NCBI GenBank assembly: GCA_024685175.1
Contig: JAIKWD010000033.1
Location: 48,123-112,122 of the forward strand
Origin: Bacteroidales bacterium
GTDB taxonomy: Bacteria; Bacteroidota; Bacteroidia; Bacteroidales; WCHB1-69
Direction: 5' to 3'
Length of the DNA: 64,000 nt
Positions 56,285 through 64,000 of the stretch are shown here, piece by piece (position 1 is the first letter of the stretch; each line of letters begins with the position of its first letter). A model generated the notes under the pieces. It did no database searches, was not told where the DNA came from, and saw only the letters and a program-made list of their open reading frames with translations. The position numbers were made by a program, and so were the translations under genes.

Positions 56285-58600
56285 ATGTTCAACGGCACAT
56301 TAAAAAACCAAAAAGTGAATAAGCAAAAGACGAAAGACACGTCCGAGCGTCCAAAGTGGATCAGGATTTTCTGGATCTGCTATGCTTCCTTTTTCGGATT
56401 CATCCTTCTGTTGTTCATCCTCATATCACTAGGTTGGATCGGCTACATGCCTTCTTTCACCGAGCTGGAAAACCCATCTGCCAATTTGGCCACCGAAGTC
56501 ATCTCTGCCGACGGTGAACTTCTAGGCACCTATTACTTGGAAAACCGCTCCAACTGTAAATACAGCGACTTATCCCAACCCTTGAAAGACGCGTTGATTG
56601 CGACGGAAGACTCGCGTTTCTACAATCATTCCGGCGTTGACATGCGTGCATTGTTCCGGGTGGCCGGGGGCGTGCTCACCTTCCACCATAAAGGCGGTGG
56701 TAGTACGATCACCCAACAGCTGGCCAAGAACCTGTTCCCCAGAGATCGTAAAATGAACAAAATCAAGCTGGTGTTTTTCAAGTTCAAGGAATGGGTAGTG
56801 GCCACCAAACTGGAGCGGAAGTATTCCAAAGACGAAATCCTGGCCATGTACTTCAACACCGTTGATTTCGGCAATCAGGCCATGGGTATCAAGTCAGCGG
56901 CTCGAACTTATTTTGACAAGAGCCCTTCGGAAATCAACACGGAAGAGGCAGCCTTGCTGGTCGGAATGCTGAAGGCGCCCACCAAGTATAGTCCACGTCG
57001 CCACTATCAAGCCTCTATAGATCGACGCAACGTGGTCTTGGGACAGATGAAGAAGTATGGTTATCTCACCCCTAATCAATTTGACTCCATCAAGGCGCTG
57101 CCAATAGACATGACCAACTTCCGTTCGCAGGCCCATTATGCCGGCAAAGCGACCTATTTCAGAGAATATCTACGCATGTTGATGAAAGAATGGTGTGAGA
57201 ACAATCCCCAAAAAGACGGGTCACACTACGATCTTTATTGTGATGGCCTGAAGATTTACACGACCATTGACTCTCGCATGCAACAACATGCCGAGGATGC
57301 TGTCAAAGAACATGTTTGCGATTACCTCCAACCTCTATTCTTCGAGCATTTCAAAGGCGTTAAAAACGCACCTTTCGTCAATTTGTCCGAAGAACAGACC
57401 CTGCGAATCCTATGGAGTGCCGCCAAACGGTCTGAACGCTACGACATAATGAAGGATGCCGGCAAGAGCGATGAACAAATCAAGGCCGCCTTTAACAAGA
57501 AGGTGCCGATGAGCGTTTTTTCATACCACGGAGTAATAGACACAGTCATGACTCCCTTTGACTCTATTCGTTATTACAAGTCATTCCTACAATGCGGACT
57601 CATGTGCATGGAAGCGCACACAGGTCATGTAAAGGCATACGTGGGAGGTACAAACTACGAATATTTCCAATTCGACCATGTCAAATTATCAAAGCGTCAG
57701 GTGGGATCCACTTTTAAACCCTACGTATACACCATTGCCATGCAGAGTGGTGAATTCGACCCATGCACGCTGGTTCCCAACGTACCCGTAACCATAGAAA
57801 GTGGTGGTGGCCCATGGACGCCCCACAACTCCGGTGGTCACCGAGAAGGCGAAATGATCCCCTTGCGCGAAGCCTTGGCATACTCACTCAACCAAGTATC
57901 CGCCTACCTCATGAAGAGATATGGCCCTGACGCCGTCATCGACCTCGTACGCAATATGGGTATGACCTCAGATATTCCCGCTGTTCCTGCCATCTGCCTC
58001 GGCGCTTGTGAGTTGACGTTGTACGAACAAGTGGGTGCAATTAACTGTTTCCCCAATCAAGGTGTTTATGTGGAACCCATTTTCATCACTCGCATCTGTG
58101 ATAAAGATGGCAATGTCATCTATAACAGACTACCAAAGACGAACGATGCCATTGACCAAGTCACGGCTTTCAAGACCGTACGCTTGATGCAAGGTGTGGT
58201 TGACTTTGGCACCGGTGGTCGTTTACGTGGACAATATAAAATTGATTTCCCTGTCGCTGGCAAAACCGGCACCACCGACAACCAATCCGATGGTTGGTTT
58301 GTGGGTTATACTCCATTGCTGACTTGCGGTGTATGGGTGGGCTGCGAAGACCGCTCCGCACATTTCCGTAGTACAGCCCTTGGACAAGGTGCCCGCACGG
58401 CCATGCCCGTCTTCGGCCTCTTCATGAAAAAAGTATACTCAGATCCTCAACTACCCTACTACGGTATAACTACAGCAGCCAACAAGTCTGCCAAGAGCGG
58501 CTACTACTTTACAATCCCGACAGGATATAGCGGTGACGAATCGGGATGCAACGAGGCCACAGCCAAAGTGGACATTGACGAGAAACTTAATTTTGATTAA
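56285..58600 (+). CDS. mrcA: class A penicillin-binding protein (PBP1A)
   Basis: TEDSRF, GGSTITQQLAKN, GSTFKP, YSLN, GKTGTT. Confidence 0.93.
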   Translation: MFNGTLKNQKVNKQKTKDTSERPKWIRIFWICYASFFGFILLLFILISLGWIGYMPSFTELENPSANLATEVISADGELLGTYYLENRSNCKYSDLSQPLKDALIATEDSRFYNHSGVDMRALFRVAGGVLTFHHKGGGSTITQQLAKNLFPRDRKMNKIKLVFFKFKEWVVATKLERKYSKDEILAMYFNTVDFGNQAMGIKSAARTYFDKSPSEINTEEAALLVGMLKAPTKYSPRRHYQASIDRRNVVLGQMKKYGYLTPNQFDSIKALPIDMTNFRSQAHYAGKATYFREYLRMLMKEWCENNPQKDGSHYDLYCDGLKIYTTIDSRMQQHAEDAVKEHVCDYLQPLFFEHFKGVKNAPFVNLSEEQTLRILWSAAKRSERYDIMKDAGKSDEQIKAAFNKKVPMSVFSYHGVIDTVMTPFDSIRYYKSFLQCGLMCMEAHTGHVKAYVGGTNYEYFQFDHVKLSKRQVGSTFKPYVYTIAMQSGEFDPCTLVPNVPVTIESGGGPWTPHNSGGHREGEMIPLREALAYSLNQVSAYLMKRYGPDAVIDLVRNMGMTSDIPAVPAICLGACELTLYEQVGAINCFPNQGVYVEPIFITRICDKDGNVIYNRLPKTNDAIDQVTAFKTVRLMQGVVDFGTGGRLRGQYKIDFPVAGKTGTTDNQSDGWFVGYTPLLTCGVWVGCEDRSAHFRSTALGQGARTAMPVFGLFMKKVYSDPQLPYYGITTAANKSAKSGYYFTIPTGYSGDESGCNEATAKVDIDEKLNFD

Positions 58601-58615
58601 CATATATTTGTTTCT

Positions 58616-60712
58616 ATGAAACGTCTTGCCCTTATCTTAGCTGCTTTACTGTTCCTTCTTATGTCGGGACAGGCACAGCAACATCTCACACTTGACCTAT
58701 GTCAAGGAGAGGTTTTCTATTGGCCAGGCCACAACAACGGACAACCTTATAATACGGGAGGTACTTTCATTGATGGCAATGACACGTTAACCATCCACAT
58801 GCACCAACCCTATCACAAGCATATCGAAGGAGTCGTTTGCCAATACGGTACTTACACCGACCATGGGTTCTTTTTTGACGAATCGCAAACTTCAACCATT
58901 GGTATTATCGAGGACTCCCTTGTCTTAAACACCGTTTATTATTGTGACAGCGTTATTCATCTTACCCTTACCGTGCGGCCATTACCTAATGTCCACGCCT
59001 CATCCGACACGGTCATCTTCGGCAATTCCGCCACATTGAACCTACAAGTTAATGGTACAGCGCAGTATTATGTTTGGGAGCTCAATAATGGTATCACTCA
59101 GGCCAACTGCAACAACACCACTCAACGTGTTACTGTCAACCATTCCACCGAATATATTGTAACCGGCTATGTAGAAGGTAATGACCTAGTTAATAACGGC
59201 CATTTCACTTTAGGGAACACGGGATTCACCAGCAGCTACATAGGTCACAACACACCCGGCTCACAAGCTTTATGGGATGAGGGCACCTATGCTGTAGGCA
59301 CCGATGCCAGCAACTGGCACGAAAACTTCCGAGGAGCTCATGACCACACCACCGGCAATGGCAACTATATGATTATTAACGGAGCAACAGGTAGCAATAC
59401 AGTGGTTTGGTCTCAATCTATTGATATAGAACCCTATACTTATTACGTTTTCAACACATGGGTAACCACAGTATGCGCTGAACCATGGGCTCAGCTGCAG
59501 TTCAGTATCAATGGCGGAGTTATCGGAAACATCTTTAGCGCCCCTAACAACTACAGTGCTAATAACCAATGGCTCAATTTCTACAATCTTTGGTATAACA
59601 ACTCTCCAGCACGTACCGCCACAATATCCATTGTAAACCAAAACATCACTGCAAGTGGCAACGATTTCGGATTGGACGATATTTCCTTCTGCAAGCTCAC
59701 TGGATGTGGCGTGACAGACACCATACAGATTCTTTTCAACACCAATCTTGACACCACAATCTGTCGAAACAGCCTACCATTGGTGTGGAATGGCTGCACT
59801 TTTACTGCGGAGAACTACGAGACGCCTCAGTTTACCAGAATTCATCGGGAGGAAATGTTGGATAGCGCTATTACCATGCGCGTACACCTATTCCCAACCG
59901 TTCAAACCCCAGTTCTTGAAAACATTCACGAGGATGAACTACCTCACACCTATAACAATTTCGTATTCTACGAAGCCGTAACCGACTCTATCCTTGTTTT
60001 GACGGATCAAAACGGATGCGATAGCCTTATATCGTACACTTTGGAAATCCGCCACAATACATACGAGAACGATGCTGCTACCATCTGCGAGAATTATGCT
60101 CCATACCTGTGGCATGGCATGCGATTATACCATACAGGAACCTACACCGATACCATTTTCAACAACATCGTTGGCGACACTATTTACACCCTTAACCTTA
60201 CCGTCATCGACACCATGTTGAATATTACCAACCTCACCGACAATTTCTGCGATGAAATGTCAGCCATCCTTTCCGTCACTTCCGCCTTTGAAAACTTCGT
60301 CTGGAGCAATGGCGAGACCTCATCCCAAATTACGGTGTTGAATCCTGGAACCTACTCGGTTACCGCCACCTCCGATCACTGCGAAATAACCCGTTCCTAC
60401 AACATACCTCCCTGCCAACTTAATATTCTCCTACCTAACGCCATCACGCCGAGCAACGCCGACGGACACAATGATTATTTTTACATAGACGAATCACAGC
60501 AACGGCTGATCCAGGATTTTGAAATCTACATTTACAATCGTTGGGGCAACTTGGTGTTTTATTCCAAAGAGAAAGATTTTCGTTGGAACAATTTAGAGGA
60601 GAATGTTACTCTAGACGAAATGTATCGGCAGAGTGTATATTCCTACCTGATCAAGTGCACCGACTTAAGAGGTACGCACCACGCATATAAAGGAAGTATA
60701 GTCGTTTTATAG
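58616..60712 (+). CDS. T9SS type B CTD surface protein with a CBM-like domain
   Basis: signal ..GQA-Q; DHTTGNGNYMIING..GNDFGLDDISF; CDS repeats; LPNAITP..DGHNDYF..IYNRWG..KGSIVVL. Confidence 0.85.
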   Translation: MKRLALILAALLFLLMSGQAQQHLTLDLCQGEVFYWPGHNNGQPYNTGGTFIDGNDTLTIHMHQPYHKHIEGVVCQYGTYTDHGFFFDESQTSTIGIIEDSLVLNTVYYCDSVIHLTLTVRPLPNVHASSDTVIFGNSATLNLQVNGTAQYYVWELNNGITQANCNNTTQRVTVNHSTEYIVTGYVEGNDLVNNGHFTLGNTGFTSSYIGHNTPGSQALWDEGTYAVGTDASNWHENFRGAHDHTTGNGNYMIINGATGSNTVVWSQSIDIEPYTYYVFNTWVTTVCAEPWAQLQFSINGGVIGNIFSAPNNYSANNQWLNFYNLWYNNSPARTATISIVNQNITASGNDFGLDDISFCKLTGCGVTDTIQILFNTNLDTTICRNSLPLVWNGCTFTAENYETPQFTRIHREEMLDSAITMRVHLFPTVQTPVLENIHEDELPHTYNNFVFYEAVTDSILVLTDQNGCDSLISYTLEIRHNTYENDAATICENYAPYLWHGMRLYHTGTYTDTIFNNIVGDTIYTLNLTVIDTMLNITNLTDNFCDEMSAILSVTSAFENFVWSNGETSSQITVLNPGTYSVTATSDHCEITRSYNIPPCQLNILLPNAITPSNADGHNDYFYIDESQQRLIQDFEIYIYNRWGNLVFYSKEKDFRWNNLEENVTLDEMYRQSVYSYLIKCTDLRGTHHAYKGSIVVL

Positions 60713-60717
60713 AGATA

Positions 60718-63570
60718 TCACTTCCGGCAAATTTGTCTATAGTCACAATATAGACAATGACTGGAGTCACTCGTCTGCTCAAAGGACAATTCTTCGGTCA
60801 AAATGTCTTTTATGATCATCTTCAAAGATTCCTCGAATTGACCAATCACCTCATCTGTGATTGTCTGATAAATATTGCTTGCCATCAATTGACCCTTTTT
60901 TAATTGTACAGGATGCCAATACGCCGGATAATCCCTATTCTTGTTTGACTCTTTCAAAGAGACAATTCCACAACGTATAGCAGGCTTTTTTTGGGAAAAC
61001 TCAGGCAGACGTGCTTTTTGTAACAACAAACAGTAGAAAAGCAGTTGCACAAATTGCTTGTACTTTACATCCGACAACGTTCCCCCAATCATTTCAGGAT
61101 CAACGTGGAGGCCATCGTCCTTTACGCCTCCCGTTTTATAGTCAATCACCTCCAGAAAACCACCAAGTATTTGGTCTTCATGCAATTGCAGCCGGTCAAT
61201 AGTACCGGTAAGAGCCACATCTGTATCACCCACCGTCAACTGGCCCTGCAATTTAAGCTCATTGTACAAGATACGCACCGTCCCTTCTTCCAACTCTTTT
61301 TTTGCCTTCTGCAAATAGTTGGCTACAAAATTATTCACAATTCTAGAGGCAAGATATATACGACCTCGCTCTAAATCTGACTGTCGGATTTTAAGATCCG
61401 GATCCGCCAACATCATCTGGGCGACACGTTCATCTAGACCTTTTAGATAATCCGATATAATCCCTTGAGAATCAGCAGGATTATCTTTTACCCTATTAAA
61501 GACCTCCTCCAGCAGGGCATGCACCCACGATCCGATCGTGTTACTCTCTATTCTATCCTTGAAAGTGTTGCGCGGAAGGATGCCACAGGCATACCTGAAG
61601 TAGAATTGCAATGGGCAGTTCACATAAGTAGTTATGGCTGTCGCTGAATACTTCATCGTCTTAAGGCGTTGCATCACCTCCTCGGTCTTGGGCATGGTCA
61701 ACAATTCAGGCACCCCAGCCTTGAAAGAGATTCCGACTGTGGGATGAGATATGTGAATATTATCCAGCTGTCTTTCTTTTTGAATAAATTCCAGTTGCGT
61801 GATAAAACGACTCTTTTCGCTTAGCGAAGTGCTTGTGTCGTTATCATAAATCAGCACTATATCTTCAGCGCGTTGCAACAAACGGAAAAAGTGGTAAGCA
61901 TAAACTTGATCCTTATACAAATAATTAGGCAACGAGTTATTGTCATACCTGATTTCGAAGGGAAGCAAAGAATTGCTGCTTATGCCGGCAGGCAACGTGC
62001 CCTCATTCACAGAAAGCATGATAACATGCTTGAAATCAAGCGTTCTGGTTTCCAAAAGCCCCATCACTTGAAGTCCGTGCAACGGGTCTCCCTTGACAGG
62101 AAGTGTCACGTTGTTAAATTGTTGCCCGAGAGCATATTTAATTGTAGGCATAGACAAGGCTACTCCGGATGACTTCAGCTGCTCAAGTACGCTTTCTGTC
62201 TTTTTCAGAATGTCGGAAAGCATACCTAACATGGCATAGTCTTGAGAGTCGCTATCGGCATGTGAAGCCAGTCCCTCCACATAGTGAATCACCCCATCTA
62301 ATATATTACCGGGATTGCTATCAAATGCCGGAAACAAATCATGTGGTAAATCTTCACTAAGATATAGGGCTCGTTGATTGTCTTCCAATGCATCTGCCAA
62401 ATCCTCCATCTCGGCAGGATCATCCAAAGCATATTTGTTCACCAAGGGGTTACGAACTACCGAAACCACATCGCGATGATGAAAACGCAATTGTCCGTCT
62501 CGGGCAAGACGCAGGGCATTCTGATACATCTCCAACAAGGACAACATCATCGTGTAGGCAGGTGTCTCCGTGAAGGGATATCCCATTGTAACATTCACAT
62601 CATCAGCACCATACGCAGATAAAAAGGGCACAAGCAGATGTTCGTCGGCCAATACTACCGCAGTGTCGTTCAGATCACCCTGCTCCGCTTTTATCTTTTC
62701 CAGTTGATCAATACAATAATAAATCTGGTTCATCACTTTAGAGACGCCTACTACCTGAATGTTTTTTTCTCTTTCAGTGTAATCGTGTTGCCGATATTGG
62801 AGGCTCTCTATCGGTATATCCAACTCTGTGCATAACTTCTGCAGGAAGAATGCAGTAGTAAATCTTTCATCCTGATTAAAATCGCAATAGAAATCATCAA
62901 TATCAAAAAAGAATTGAGCATTGAAATGCGTCTTGATATGTTTGACGATCGCTATCTCAGAAGGAGTAAACACATGAAACCCAGCAAAAACATAATGTTT
63001 GTAAGGCATCTTCGTCACATAGTCCGCAATATGATCGGCGCAGTCGCGGTATTTGAGTCCGCTATATGCTTTTCTTTGTTGCAGAAGATATTGTTGGAAG
63101 GCACCATACAATTCAGCAAGTCGAGAATAAAAGTGCATTTTCTCTTGCAGGGCCGATTGCTCGTCAGCGTGGGCCATGGCTATGACAAACTCCTTGTCGA
63201 AAGCCAACGTCCTAAACACATATTCTCCATCCTGCATTTGCATGTCAATCTCGTCAATATCGGAGAGATAAGCGGGAGCCCATGTCAACATCTGATCAAA
63301 GGTGTCGGCGACTGGCGGGGTCATCTGACGAGACGTTTCATACAGCTCGGCCACAAGCTCCAGTTTATCAACAGTTTGCAATGGCGAAAGTTGACTAACA
63401 AAACTTTCTATGGAATAGATTGCAGGCATGAAGGCCGGCAATTTCAAGTGAGTGGCCAGGTGGTTGATCAACATACGACGAGCACGCTCATTGGGTAGTA
63501 CAATTACCGTCTCCTGCAATGGGACACCGGATTCCACTATACTTTGAGAGAGCTTGGCAAGAAAAGACAT
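60718..63570 (-). CDS. AddB-like PD-(D/E)XK nuclease family protein
   Basis: VLPNERA, GLQVMGLLETR.LDF, YSAT..YVNCP, GTIDRL..IDYKTG, HCLYCDYRQIC Fe-S staple. Confidence 0.88.
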   Translation of the reverse strand: MSFLAKLSQSIVESGVPLQETVIVLPNERARRMLINHLATHLKLPAFMPAIYSIESFVSQLSPLQTVDKLELVAELYETSRQMTPPVADTFDQMLTWAPAYLSDIDEIDMQMQDGEYVFRTLAFDKEFVIAMAHADEQSALQEKMHFYSRLAELYGAFQQYLLQQRKAYSGLKYRDCADHIADYVTKMPYKHYVFAGFHVFTPSEIAIVKHIKTHFNAQFFFDIDDFYCDFNQDERFTTAFFLQKLCTELDIPIESLQYRQHDYTEREKNIQVVGVSKVMNQIYYCIDQLEKIKAEQGDLNDTAVVLADEHLLVPFLSAYGADDVNVTMGYPFTETPAYTMMLSLLEMYQNALRLARDGQLRFHHRDVVSVVRNPLVNKYALDDPAEMEDLADALEDNQRALYLSEDLPHDLFPAFDSNPGNILDGVIHYVEGLASHADSDSQDYAMLGMLSDILKKTESVLEQLKSSGVALSMPTIKYALGQQFNNVTLPVKGDPLHGLQVMGLLETRTLDFKHVIMLSVNEGTLPAGISSNSLLPFEIRYDNNSLPNYLYKDQVYAYHFFRLLQRAEDIVLIYDNDTSTSLSEKSRFITQLEFIQKERQLDNIHISHPTVGISFKAGVPELLTMPKTEEVMQRLKTMKYSATAITTYVNCPLQFYFRYACGILPRNTFKDRIESNTIGSWVHALLEEVFNRVKDNPADSQGIISDYLKGLDERVAQMMLADPDLKIRQSDLERGRIYLASRIVNNFVANYLQKAKKELEEGTVRILYNELKLQGQLTVGDTDVALTGTIDRLQLHEDQILGGFLEVIDYKTGGVKDDGLHVDPEMIGGTLSDVKYKQFVQLLFYCLLLQKARLPEFSQKKPAIRCGIVSLKESNKNRDYPAYWHPVQLKKGQLMASNIYQTITDEVIGQFEESLKMIIKDILTEELSFEQTSDSSHCLYCDYRQICRK

Positions 63571-63611
63571 GGTTAGGGCTTTATAATGAGACGACTATGG
63601 TCGCCGACGGA

Positions 63612-64000
63612 TCAGTCGAGTTTGAGAACGGCAAGGAAGGCCGACTGCGGGACTTCAACGTTGCCGATCTGACGCATACGCTTCTTTCCCCTCTTCTGCT
63701 TTTCAAGGAGTTTACGTTTACGGGTAATATCACCGCCGTAGCATTTGGCTGTTACATCTTTACGCACAGCCTTGACCGTTTCGCGAGCAATAATTTTGGA
63801 GCCAATAGCTGCTTGGATGGCAATCTCAAACTGTTGACGCGGAATCAACTCCTTTAGTTTTTCGCAGATTCGGCGACCGAAGGCATACGCATTATCGGCA
63901 TGAATGAGGGTGGAGAGTGCGTCGACAGAGTCGCCGTTAAGAAGGATGTCAAGCTTGACCAAATTGGCAGGCTTGAAACCCGTGATATGGTAATCGAAAG
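63612..64000 (-). CDS. lepA: elongation factor 4 (C-terminal part; gene starts beyond the window)
   Basis: [45 protein letters not shown]. Confidence 0.96.
   Translation of the reverse strand, partial: FDYHITGFKPANLVKLDILLNGDSVDALSTLIHADNAYAFGRRICEKLKELIPRQQFEIAIQAAIGSKIIARETVKAVRKDVTAKCYGGDITRKRKLLEKQKRGKKRMRQIGNVEVPQSAFLAVLKLD

Overview
Chromosomal window from a Bacteroidota (Bacteroidales-like) bacterium. The evidence is many TAnnTTTG -7 promoter boxes, no Shine-Dalgarno signals, T9SS cargo proteins and signal peptides followed by Gln. It holds about 54 CDSs and one tRNA-Val(CAC). Housekeeping genes include recQ, pgi, kdsB, pssA, holB, hisS, PBP1A, an AddB-like nuclease and the 3' end of lepA. 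Accessory content includes five T9SS-CTD proteins (one a 1546-aa repeat-rich mosaic), a partial aryl-polyene/flexirubin-type cluster (20547-27227), a GT2 plus multi-TM glycosylation-like pair, and a YghO/ceramide-synthase-like GNAT plus SDR pair. I found no transposase, integrase, prophage, reverse transcriptase or CRISPR array. The two strongest candidates for undescribed biology are inferences that need testing. (i) A tiny T9SS-CTD protein is translationally coupled to a large CTD-less secreted protein, and the two share an N-terminal strand-repeat motif, suggesting adaptor or piggy-back secretion (53604-56257). (ii) A family of oriented 7-8-nt tandem microrepeat tracts fills gene junctions with a recurrent two-part architecture: a tract at the stop codon, then (ATTCCT[A/C])n just before the next ATG.
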